Shown here one piece after another: positions 1-12,264 of a stretch of DNA of 64,000 bases (positions within the stretch are counted from its first letter, which is position 1; every line of letters begins with the position of its first letter). The notes under the pieces are model-generated. The model was not told where the DNA came from. It saw nothing but the letters and a program-made list of their open reading frames with translations, and did no database searches. A program made the translations under genes and the position numbers. The DNA comes from the human T2T-CHM13v2.0 reference genome, Homo sapiens: NCBI RefSeq assembly GCF_009914755.1, contig NC_060934.1. One strand, written 5' to 3'.

Positions 1-773
1 TCCTGGGATTCTCACTAGTGTTTCTTCCTGGTCTCCTGGGATTCTCACTAGTGTTTCTTCCTGGTGTCCTGGGATTCTCACTAGCATTTCTTCCTGGTGT
101 CCTGGGATTCTCACTAGCGTTTCTTCCTGGTGTCCTGGGATTCTCACTAGTGTTTCTTCCTGGTCTCCTGGGATTCTCACTAGTGTTTCTTCCTGGTCTC
201 CTGGGATTCCCACTAGTGTTTCTTCCTGGTCTCCTGGGATTCTCACTAGTGTTTCTTCCTGGTCTCCTGGGATTCTCACTAGTGTTTCTTCCTGGTCTCC
301 TGGGATTCTCACTAGTGTTTCTTCCTGGTCTCCTGGGATTCTCACTAGTGTTTCTTCCTGTTGTCCTGGGATTCTCACTAGTGTTTCTTCCTGTTGTCCT
401 GGGATTCTCACTAGTGTTTCTTCCTGGTCTCCTGGGATTCTCACTAGTGTTTCTTCCTGGTCTCCTGGGATTCTCACTAGTGTTTCTTCCTGGTCTCCTG
501 GGATTCTCACTAGTGTTTCTTCCTGTTGTCCTGGGATTCTCACTAGTGTTTCTTCCTGGTCTCCTGGGATTCCCACTAGTGTTTCTTCCTGTTGTCCTGG
601 GATTCTCACTAGTGTTTCTTCCTGGTCTCCTGGGATTCCCACTAGTGTTTCTTCCTGGTGTCCTGGGATTCTCACTAGTGTTTCTTCCTGGTCTCCTGGG
701 ATTCTCACTAGTGTTTCTTCCTGTTGTCCTGGGATTCTCACTAGTGTTTCTTCCTGGTGTCCTGGAATTCTCA
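1..773. repeat. 33-bp minisatellite (VNTR), 23 full units plus a partial unit; truncated by the window start
   Basis: Unit TCCTGGGATTCTCACTAGTGTTTCTTCCTG-[GTC/GTG/TTG] repeats in exact 33-bp register from position 1 to 759; degenerate unit TCCTGGAATTCTCA at 760-773. Confidence 0.98.
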
Positions 774-2357
774 GGGCAGACACTGGCCAAAACTTGTTTC
801 TGGACCTTTCATCACACTCCAGGGCTGTCGCTGATGGAGCTGGCAAAAACCTACCCTCCCTAAACATCAGTTCTCGTTATTGTGTTTTGCATGTTCAGCT
901 TATTCCCATCCTAGACACGTGCTGTTTCTCTCTTGCTGCTTAATTTTGGAGGAGGCTATGTGAAGACTTCCAAGAGGATTTTAAATCTTAGCTCTTCCTG
1001 TTCTCATCCTGCAAGTCACAGGGTGTTAAATATCAGGGCTGTAAGTTTCGGAGGCTAATCCCACAAAGACTGACCTCCTTCAGTAAGGACTCAGTTGGCT
1101 GAGGCAGCACTCACCCATCCTCATGCCACTGGCTCCGCTCCTTCTTTCTCAGCTCAGAGAACGCTGGGTCTTCTTTCCAGCCCTGTCCCTGGTGCACAGC
1201 CTGAGCTGTGTGCTGTCACTATGCCATGTCACTGCCAGGCTGAAGATCAGCTTCCTTCTTCGGCTCTGCAGCCTCCTACCTTCATGGACAGGGGACAGCT
1301 CTCACGTTGCTCTGGTTTGTATTTTCCCTTTGGCTTTCTCATTGTTAGATTTGAGGGACGTAGCTTATGCTGGTTTTCACAGAAAATGTGAAACTGATGA
1401 GGGCCCATGAAGTCAGCTTAAGGAAAATCTTCAGTTCCTGAGCATTGAATTTTCCTTGACTGAAGGGAGCTATATTTGAACCTACAAGGACCTCAGGTGC
1501 CTGGGACCTGCAGGCTTGCGGGATCCCTTGAACTCAGGACCATGGTCCCTGGAATCCAAGCCCCACGTGGGTTCCCTTGAGCCCAGGCATCTGGTGTGCC
1601 TTCAAGGCCTCTGCCTTCTGTCTCAGGGCAGACACACAGGAGTGCTTGAGCTGTTTAAACTCCAAACTACAGAGACGGGCACTTGCATGTTTATTTCAAG
1701 TGGACAAACTCCAGAGTCTGAATGCCCACAACATGGTTTCACATCCAGATGATCTTCTTACCCCTCAAATTGGAGCCTGTGTGTTCTTCTGGAATCTTGT
1801 GATCCAAGTCACAATGGAAGAGCCTGACATTGTTCCGGTGGCATCTTCAGCATTGCCATGTTTTGGTTATGGGGCCTGAAATAACAGCTTCTGTGCACTG
1901 TTTTATTCTTCCACTAGGAAGACAGGTGACGTGATGCCAGTAAGAAATAGATCTAGTTTTACCTTTGAGGTTTTGTGCTCCCTCTTCTTATTAGCTCAGT
2001 CTGCATTTGACCCACCGTGATGTCTGCTCACGGCCCTGGTATGTTTCCCCATTACCTCCTGAAGCAAGAAGAAAAGTTTCAGTGTAGCAGCCAGATCTCC
2101 CCCGTCCAGGCTCAGTCTGCATGTTCCTCCTATCTGGCATGCCATGACTTTGCACTTGTAGGTGCAAGGGCTGCCTTTGCTTTCATAGCTTCCTCTGCAT
2201 GGGAGCCCACCTGCTTACTCCGTTCCTATGGACACCACCTTAGAAATCAAGTCTGTCCCTGACGCTTTCCCTCTAAGAAGCACATTCCTGCTCAATCCCA
2301 TGCCCACTGGCCCGGGCACCTGGTTTCCATCTCTCCATACTTTAAGCTCCCACAGAA

Positions 2358-2470
2358 AATCATTCATTCCCTCACTTACCTATTCATCCATCAAACACTC
2401 GCATCCCTCCTGCTGTGTGGTGGAACTGCAGAAACGAAAACACGGTCTCTGCCCCCAGGAAGTCTCATTG
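2358..2470 (-). mobile_element. L2 3' end fragment
   Basis: TCATTCATTC...ATTCATCCATCAAACAC...GGTCTCTGCCCCCAGGAAGTCTCA resembles a reverse-strand L2 terminus. Confidence 0.5.
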
Positions 2471-2479
2471 CTGCCAACC

Positions 2480-4025
2480 TTTCTGAAAGAATCATCCCGG
2501 CCTAACTCTCCTCCCTCCCTTCCCCTCCTTTCTTCCCTCCAGCTGGTATCTACCCACTTCCTACTCCCACCCCTTCACCAAAACTTTTCTCTTAAGAACA
2601 CTAATGTCTTCTATGTGGCTAAATCCAATAGAAGATTTTAGTCTTTTTCTGACTTGACTTTTCATCAGCTTCGGATGCAGCTGGCCACGCTCCCTCTTTG
2701 GTGGGCTTCCCCCGTGTCAGACGCAACACTCCCCCTGGCATATCCACACCATGTTAGAGGCAGGGAGGGTGGCCTGTTCTGCCAGGGGACTAGCAGGTCA
2801 CGTTTGATTCTATTGGCCTGGGAGGAAACTGGAGAGGAGCCAGTTGGGAGAGTCCATGGCACTCTTTCCCTCTGTTTGGGTTCCTGGTCTCCCTTGTCTC
2901 CCCTTCTTTTCCTGGGTCTTCTCCTCTCTGGTCTTTGTATATCAGAGTTCCTAGTGATGGGCCACAGTGCATGTCCCATCTCCCTGATTCTGTCTGTCTC
3001 CATGGCGCCCAGCACATTCTCACGGCTCCCTGTCCCATCCAGATGCTACTCACCTCTCCATTCAGACTGCTCGTCCAAGCCCCACACTTGTATCTCCACC
3101 TGCCTCCTTGACACGTCCTCTTTGGTGTCTCCCCAGAATTGTAACTTTAACATATCCGAAGCTAAAGGCATCATCTCCCCTGGTCCTTCCCTTGAGAATT
3201 ATCACCCCAAGCAAAGTAACAAACAAACAAAGAGGAAAAGCCTGTTTCTCTCCTGGAATGCTGCCTATCAATAATGGTGTCATGGACTGCCATTGCTGAC
3301 GCCAGAAAGCATCACCCCACACCTGCCCATTTCCAGGTCCTGGGAGGCTTCATCCTCTTCCCCAGAGCACTGCAACCCAACGTTCCCTGCCCAGGCTATT
3401 GCAGTTGTTTGCTGCCTGCTTTCTTCCTGACCACTCTGGCCCTTCGACACCACTGTGGGAAGCATCACCTGACCATGCCCACTAGATATGGTCACTGTCC
3501 TGGGGAGACCCTGTGAGGCTAGCACTGCTCTGAAGGAACACAGGTGGCCTACGGGGTCCCATCCACCCAGCCTGTCTGCACCTCTGCCCCCCTCTCCCAG
3601 CTCTCCTTGTCCTCACTTTCCGCCCACACCAGCCTTCTTCAGTGCCTTGGGCTCTCCGGCTCCTTCTCATTCAGGGGACTCTCCATGTGCTCGGCCTGCT
3701 GCTTGGAAGGACTGTGTCTCCCACATCCCCCTGCCCTTGGCTTGGTCGAGTTTCAGCTTAACTGTCCCTTTCAAAGGCAGTGTTAGATGCTTCCAGGATA
3801 CAGTTACATGGAATTTGCTCAAGTCTTATAGCCGCTATCACCATAAAAGGCAAACCATTTTTTTGTGCAAGTATTTATCTCCTCTCTGCCTCACTGGCTG
3901 GATTGTAGACTTGCACGAGGGGCTGTATGGGCTCGTTTACTGATGTGTCCCCAAGCCCAGGGTTGTGCTGGACATAGGAGCCACCCAACTGCATGGCTGG
4001 ACCACTGAATGGTTGATGAACTGAG
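2480..4025 (+). mobile_element. Degraded L2 LINE (ORF2 3' part to tail), probably fragmented
   Basis: L2-like motifs ATGTGGCTAAATCCAAT...TGACTTGAC (about 2612-2660), ATCTCCACCTG (about 3093), and a 3' end with CTGGACATAGG...TGAATGGTTGATGAA (3968-4020). Confidence 0.6.
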
Positions 4026-5639
4026 GGAGATCATCTCTAGCCTGTCCTCAGAGTGCTGACTTCATTCTGCCGCACACTAGACATGCTGGGACCTGTGTTC
4101 CGCTTCCTGCTACACTTTCCCCTCCTTCAATGCTCCTTATTCATCATGCCTGCCTTGCTCACCCACCGAGGGCGAGGGGAGTATTTTTGGCAGCTGGCGT
4201 CTCCATGTGATGACTCTCAGGGCAGCTTTGAGGATCTGGTGGGTGCCCACAGTGTGATCAGATTTCATGAAATGTGCCACTCACTCTCCTTTTCTCTTGG
4301 TGACCATCAGAAAAAAAGAGTTTCCTTTTTAGAGCTTATGGCCTCAGTGGCTCGATGGCAGTTATAGTGCCCCTAACAGCTGTTACTCCTTGCAACAGTG
4401 GATCAGCAATGAAGCTGAGCTTGGGCTTAATGGAAATTGTCCCTTGAACGGTTTGAATTTGGAACGTTTATTCTCCATTAATTTCAAGTAGACTCTAAAT
4501 TGAGCAAAACAGTCTCTGTCTTTCCTTTTAGTGGCAGGGTTTTGCTGACAAGTGGACACCAGAATTGTCCAACTCGATTGGAGGCATCGTGATCTGCAGA
4601 TCTCAGGAAATGTGCTAAGCCCCCAAGTCACATCATTCCAGTTGGTTCTGGACCCCAGCGAGCTTCATCAGCGCTGAGTGTGGGAGACACTGTGAAACCT
4701 TGTTAAGATCAAGCAGACGGCACACCTTACTTCCTTATGCAGACACTGGGAAAGACACACAGAGATGGGCATGTGGGAAAGACCAAAACTTTCTGCCCTC
4801 AGTGGGAAGGGGCGTCTGAAGAGCCACCCTCCTGCACCTCACTCCTTTCTACAAACAGGCGTTCTTGTTGCGTGGCCTGACTAGGGGAGCAGTGGCAGCT
4901 CCAGGATTTCTCCCCAGCACATTCTAGGTGGTGATCCAGTTGGGAGTGGGGCCTTGAAGCTGTGTTTGCACCACACAATGAGGCTGAGACAATGCCAACC
5001 AGCGCTTCACGATCAAAGCATGCAGGCGGTGGGGTGTTGATATATAACCTGCCTGTGACCGCACAGTGAGTCGATGGTGGGCTTGATTTGAAGTGCAGCA
5101 GTCTGGCTCCAGAAATCACACTTTGCCCCCTGCGCCAGCCTGTCTCCAACCCTCAGACAAACAAAGGTTGTAGGCAGGCACATGCAGAGAGACCCTTATG
5201 CATCTGGAATTAGTGAGAGTTTGAATGGAATGGTGCACGTGCTAGGTTTTGTGTTGTCTATGGGATGTCTAAAATAGAACCTTGCTCTGTAACTGACTTT
5301 AAATTACTACGTTAAAAAAAAAAGACATAATTATTCATTGTTTCTATGATGGCTTCTAGTTTACAAAGAAATTTTACACATTTTTTGCTTTCTTTGTGTC
5401 CAGCCTGGGCTTTGGGTTTTGGGGGCGAGAATCCCATTGCTCTGTGGACTCCCAGCCCCCGGGGCCCCTGGGCACACGCAGACTCCCCTCTACTTGCCCA
5501 TCCTCCTTCTTTTCCATTCTCCTTCACCAGTGGTCCAAACACGCGTATCTGGCATCTGCTGAGCAGGTTCTTGCTGTCCTGCTTCTTTGGCGCTTTCCAA
5601 ACGGCAGAATTCCAGTGCTGTCCTCTGGCAGGTGCCTGA

Positions 5640-6138
<499 letters not shown>

Positions 6139-6759
6139 TGAAATCTTGACTCTCCTCTCCTCCCCTTCCCTGGGCTGCTGCCTCTGTGGGCCTGGGCAGG
6201 GTAGTCCTGGAGTGACGGTGGAGGCAGCAGAACCAGTGAGCCCCTGTCTTAAGCGTTGAGGGGCATCTGTTCCTAGCTGTCTGCAGCTCTTTTAAAAGGT
6301 GAAGTATTGAGGTGTTTGATGCCCCTTTGTCCTCAGCCTCGGGTTCTGATAGCCCATTTAATACAACAGATAGAGCTGCACTCAAGATCCTCTACAAATG
6401 GGGTACTCTCTCAACACTTGCTTTCCCCAGTCTCTGCTTCCTCCAATCCTGTTCCAGGATGGCTATTGATGTGTCCCCTGACCCTCTTTCCTGCTTCCCT
6501 CCAGCCATAGGGGATGTGGCCTGACTTCTCCAAGGGCCTCACCTCCTCCTGCCTCCTCTCCACCTGCCTCCCCCATGACTTTCCCTTGCTCCGTAACCGT
6601 CATTGTGGCTCACTGGGCATGGTGGCCAGCGTCGGCTACTTTAATGTTAGGGGAGCTGTCCGTATTTTTCACCTCTGAAAATGTAATGTATCCTTGCAAC
6701 TGAAAATGGGAAAGACTTCAGCAAAACTTTTGAGACTAGAGATTTTTATAAGACAATTC

Positions 6760-7140
6760 ATTGAAAACATTGTCCTGTTTATTTAATAGTTACTGGCCTA
6801 CTTGATCTTTCGTTTTCTTTTGAGTCAAGTTTGTCCTCTTGCACATTCTAATTAGAAGTTTTCACAGCTCTTTGATAATATCGTGTTGCATTTTGGGCAC
6901 AGAACTCAACCAGACTGTCACGGTGGGCTCACCTTCTCCCTGCGTCCATGTGCATTAGGGTGGGGTTTGACTCTTGTCCTTTGGCAGGTTGTAAAGGGCC
7001 AGCTTTGTATTCAACCACTGTGCTTCAATCAACTAAAATACTGTATCTTACAGGACTACAGAAAAAATAAAAGCATTTATAAGAAGAAAGAAAACCTTCT
7101 AAATTCTTAGAAAGGTTGGCTTTTTAGTGATTTGTTTCTT
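6760..7140 (-). other. Candidate terminal exon of an unidentified (probably non-coding) transcript
   Basis: Minus-strand acceptor TGGCTTTTTTTGTTTTTTAG (AG at 7142-7141) and AATAAA at 6783-6778; all three frames stop within 14 codons. Signal-only evidence. Confidence 0.2.
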
Positions 7141-7589
7141 CTAAAAAACAAAAAAAGCCACCACATTTGTCCATTTAAAGTGGGAATATTTATAAATGAT
7201 TACAAACCAGATGCATTTGCAAGCCTTTCAAGAGCAACAGCTCTGTCAAGAAAGTGCTTAAATAAAAAAGAAATTATTGCAATTTTCAAGTTGAGTGATA
7301 AAGTGTGTATAATTGCAGTGGTTAACGTATGCGTTTAATGAAGTATATCTATCTTCTTGCGGAACTCCACCATCAGTTTGGGATGCAGTAAGTGTAACGA
7401 AGACACAAACACTGTTCTTTATGGGTTAAAATTCCCAACCTTCCCATCGTACCTCTGTTAATCAGCATTTAGCTAGTGTCAGCTGTTTGACCAACTCCTT
7501 GCTAAATGCCGACATCCAGGTTTGCCCCAGGGGAGCCTGCAGTCAAGTGGGGGAAGGAAGGCTGGTCCCTGAGGCCTGTGGTTGGGACC

Positions 7590-7730
7590 AAAGGCTTTGA
7601 AGTCAGACAGCCCAGGGTTTTAATCTCAGCTTCTTTTAACTGAAGGCAGATGTGGGGAATTTTCCTGAACCTTCTGAACCTGGATTGTCTCATGTGTTAA
7701 ATGGAAATGATAATTACAATAATCATGTCA
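7590..7730 (+). mobile_element. MIR SINE
   Basis: GGCTTTGAAGTCAGACAG...AATCTCAGCT...TCTGAACCT...CTCATGTGTTAAATGGAAATGATAAT matches the MIR core. Confidence 0.75.
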
Positions 7731-10114
7731 ACAGGCCAGGGGCATTGGTCATGTTAATTGTGAGGATGATGATGATTCTAGCCAATTGTTTAACTGTTAA
7801 TGAGTACCACTAACCAACGACTTAGAATCTCCAAGGCTGCAGAAAAAATAGGGGAAGGTAAGGGGAGACCTGCGCAAGTCTCTGAGGGCAGATCAGACTC
7901 AAAAAAGTGACAAGAGGGATTTTATGCCGCATTTATCCAGACCTTGTTACCTGGTTCCCTTACTAATCTCGTTATAGGTGTGTTTAATCTTGCAACTGTT
8001 AAAACCTTTTTAATAACATGAGGTACATACTATGTTTTTATAAAATTGATTGTCTATAACCTTATGATGTCATATCCATGTGGGCTCATCTCCAAGCAGT
8101 GATCCAAATTGTTCTCAGAGAGATACTTCCTTAGCTTGCGTTCTTCAGGAAACAAGGAGACACAAAGCTCTTCCCTATCATCCATTTCCCTTACATGCCC
8201 GGTTGCTTCCAGACCTCCTCAAAACTTGTTGGAAAACTCAGACCCTGGCTTGGCTTCAGAGACCGCTGCTTGGAGTGCAGGGTGAGGGGATGGAAGAAAC
8301 CGTGAGAGAGAGAGTGGGTTCTCTGAACTGGCAAGGGGAAGGCAAATCCAGGCCACACTTACATGTTCATTTACAAGTCCGTGTGTCCATTTCGCAGTCT
8401 GCAGCACATAGCATCCCACCCAATTAGCAGAAGACATTGGTCCTTCCATTTCCAGATGGATCCCTCATAGATGTGGGAGGCTGGGGGTTCACAGCGCAGT
8501 CTCCATGATTACTGCAGGGATCAGGACAGCTTGCTTGGTCACCTGGATGTGGCCATCCTACACCAGGATACATGCAGAGTTGGAGAGCTTTGAGTGAGGC
8601 ACATTGACGCCTTGGAGCCAAGACTCTTTGCAGAGCTGCCCTATCCCACCTGTGGGCCGATCCCTGTACCACTGTGTCTCCTTCCTGTGCATGGTAACTT
8701 ACAGAAATAATGAAGGGTCTTCACCGTGCCTTTCGGCCTGTGCTACTCCTGTCCTGTCACCTGCCACTGCTGTGCACTCTCTCTTTCCCCTCTTCCCTCC
8801 CTGTTACTTCCCTTATACATTCTCTTTCTTTCACAGGATACTTTTTGTAGATTCCTCAGGGCTCCCACAGCTGTCAACAGTAATGAGAGTGAAGACTTTC
8901 ATTTTGCCTACTGGTTAGGACATGTGCACCATCTTTGAATCTTTGGTTATTTTTATTCTCAAGAGATAATACACCCACTGCAGTCTCTGAGATTCAGAGA
9001 AACCCCAGGCAATCGAGGTTTTCTGTGTGCCCTGTGAAGAAGTGACTTCATTCTTGACTTCTACCTTTTGGCTGTAAGCATTCCTGACATTCAGTGAGGA
9101 AGGTGGTCAGTGCTGTGTGCCATCTGAGACTGGTACGGAAGGGAGGGTCATATGGAATTCAAAATATATCATCAAAACTCAACTCCAAGATCACCCTAGG
9201 GGTCTCACATTGCTATCAGCAATGAAAGAGTTCCACGGGAGTGAATGATACCCAGAGAGACCCATACTCAAAAGCTTTCTTCATGCTGTTCAACGCATCA
9301 TTTAACATTCATGGTGTTTCTGTTGTCAGTTTCAGCAGTATGTAAGAACTAACACAACCTGGAAAGGGGATGATAGAGCTCCACAGCTTTAAGTTAGCCT
9401 TTGGATTTCAAATGGAACCTGGAAACAGGACAAACCCAAGAGAGCTAAGTGCTGGACACACACATTGGTGTCAGGCTCTCCCATAGAAAGAGGGCTGGCC
9501 AAGGAAAGACTGAAGGGAAAATTTAGAGATCAGAGGAGAAGCCAAGTCACATATGCAGTGGGTATGTTTTATGAAATATTGCATTTTTAGAAAAAGTCAT
9601 ATAGAAGATATACTATAGGTATAATGTAATACTAATAAACCAAACACTCACATACCCACTATCCAATTAATGAGAGTGAACATTAACAATTCTTTGAAGT
9701 CTGCTTGGGCCTCTCCCTCAGCATCATCTTCCCTTCCTGAGATCATCAGAGTCAAGTTTTGTGGGTACAAATCCTTACTCCTTTTCATTTTTTTTGGGTT
9801 ACACATGTACCAATCCCTAAACAGCATTTTATTTGGTTTGCAAAATTGTTGACTTTATGTAACTGTCACTGTACTATATGCATTATTTTGTGGTTTGCTT
9901 TTTTGGTTAATGTTAAGTTTGTGAGATTCTTCCATGGTGACGAATGGAAGGAATCATAGTTCGTTCATTTTTACTGCTTTATAGCATTCTGTTAAATGGA
10001 GATGAAATTATTTACCTATTTCTCTGTCAGTGAATTATGTTCAAGTTTTTGTTATTACAATAGCTTCTATAAATATTCTTAAACTTGTTTCCTGCTGCAT
10101 ATAAGCAAATATTT

Positions 10115-10132
10115 TATATATATTTGTGTGCG

Positions 10133-10168
<36 letters not shown>

Positions 10169-10178
10169 TATATCTATA

Positions 10179-10216
<38 letters not shown>
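10115..10216. repeat. Compound microsatellite (TA)n(CA)n...(TG)n
   Basis: Directly visible alternating purine-pyrimidine tracts. Confidence 0.95.
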
Positions 10217-10217
<1 letters not shown>

Positions 10218-10659
10218 TTCAGGGTATAGGGTATGCACATCTTTTAATTTAATGAGGGGATGCTTATTTGTTTTCGAAGTGCCTGCATCGTTTTCCACTC
10301 CCACCCAAAATTAAATTGCTTCTCCTACCTGTCAGAAGTTACTACTGCAAGATTTTTAAAAATATTTCCAGGGCTGGTGGGTGTGAGATAGTCTTTATGG
10401 TTCTGGCTCCCCATTTCCATGATTATTAGTGAAGCTCAGCATCTTTTTGTATGTTTTTTGCTTATTTTTTTTTTTGTAAAAGATGTGTTTGAGATATTTT
10501 TCTTATTTTTCTGTTGAGTTGATTATAGATTTTTGTTGACTTGAGAAGTTCTTTTATATATATATATATATATAGTCTAGATTTTTGTTATTAAAAAAAT
10601 TGTTGCTACATAGCCCCATCCTTTATGGTGTATCTTATCAGCAGATGTTTTTATTTTAA

Positions 10660-11091
<432 letters not shown>

Positions 11092-11094
11092 ATC

Positions 11095-11399
11095 TTTTTT
11101 TTTTTTTTTTTTTTTTTGAGACAGAGTCTCGCTGTGCTGCCCAGGCTAGAGTGCAGTGGTGCAATCTCGGCTCACTACAACCTCCACCTCCTGGGTTCAA
11201 GCAACTCTCGTGCCTTAGCCTCTGGAGTAGCTGGGATTACAGTCATGTGCCACCACACCTGGCTAATTTTTGTACTTTTAGTAGAGATGAGGTTTTGCCA
11301 AGTTGCCCAGGCTGGCGTTGAACTCCTTGTCTCAAGTGATCTGCCTGCCTCGGCCTCCCAAAGTGCTGGGATTACAGGCATGACCCACTGCAACCAGCC
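11095..11399 (-). mobile_element. Alu (older, AluJ-like)
   Basis: Poly-T then a complete, more diverged Alu; TSD-like ATWTTCTGCTAATTTTC at 10736-10752 and 11400-11416 brackets this Alu and the previous one. Confidence 0.93.
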
Positions 11400-11952
11400 A
11401 TTTTCTGCTAATTTTCATCTTAAGGTTTTATTGTTTTGTCATTCATATTTAAATCTACAATCAACAGGGACTGGCTTGGCAAGTGTAAGAGTGACGGAAT
11501 TTGTGGAGTAAAACCACAGTAATTTATTCATTTCATATTGTGTAGTATTTCATTACATATATCAGCCACATGCATATATCCATTATTCTATTGTAGAATA
11601 TTTGAGTTTATTTCTAGTATAGAATGCTGTTGCAATAATAATAATGTTGAATGCTGCAGCAATGAACGTTCTTATACATTTTATTTTGTGGTTCCAGTGC
11701 ATATGTGTATCTACTGGGAAGATACCAGGAAGTGGAATTCTTGGGTCATAGGGCACGATATGTTCAACTTTAGCAGGTGATAGCAATCAGTTTTCTCAAG
11801 TGTTTGTAACTTTGTAAACCCCTAATAAAAGCGAGAATTCCCACTTGTCCAGATCCTCATCAACACTGGGTACTAGAACCCCTTTTATGTCAGCTCTTTT
11901 AGGGAATGGATAGTGGTTTCTGCTTGCATTTCCTGACTAGGAATGTCATTGA

Positions 11953-12264
11953 CATTCAACACATTTCACAATGTTTTATGACTATCACCACTACCTAGTC
12001 TCAAAACATTTTTATCACCCCAGAAAAAACCTCTGTCCCCATTAAGCACTTACTTCCCACTTCCTTTCCTCCCAGACCCTGGCCACTGCCAATCTGCTTT
12101 TTGCCTTTTCTGGATAGTCCATCTAAATGGAATCATGCAAACTGTGGCCTTTTGTGTTTGGCTTCTTTCACTTCCCATAAGGTTTGCAAGATTCTCCTGT
12201 ATCATAGCATCCTTTCTCAAAGGCTGAAAAATGATAAAAAGCTTTTGGGGGGGAAAAAAAAAAA
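11953..12264 (+). mobile_element. TPRT insertion (retrocopy or orphan transduction) whose body is an antisense L1MB-like 3'UTR fragment
   Basis: Perfect 14-bp direct repeat AGGAATGTCATTGA at 11939-11952 and 12265-12278; A12 run at 12254-12265 on the + strand; body reads as reverse-strand L1M 3'UTR. Confidence 0.75.

Noticed and set aside
1-773. CRISPR-like appearance (33-bp repeats with an internal palindrome)
   Set aside because: Units are head-to-tail with no unique spacers, there are no cas genes, and the context is primate DNA.
18-863. 281-aa hydrophobic repeat ORF (FLPGLLGFSLV)n
   Set aside because: Artefact of a 33-bp unit (a multiple of 3) with no stop in one frame; starts at GTG, has no ATG in the repeat and no recognisable protein family. 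The upstream context is outside the window, so translation cannot be formally excluded.
2654-3274. 206-aa ORF
   Set aside because: Lies in degraded L2 sequence, starts at a non-ATG codon, has low-complexity L/S/P composition and no recognisable domain.
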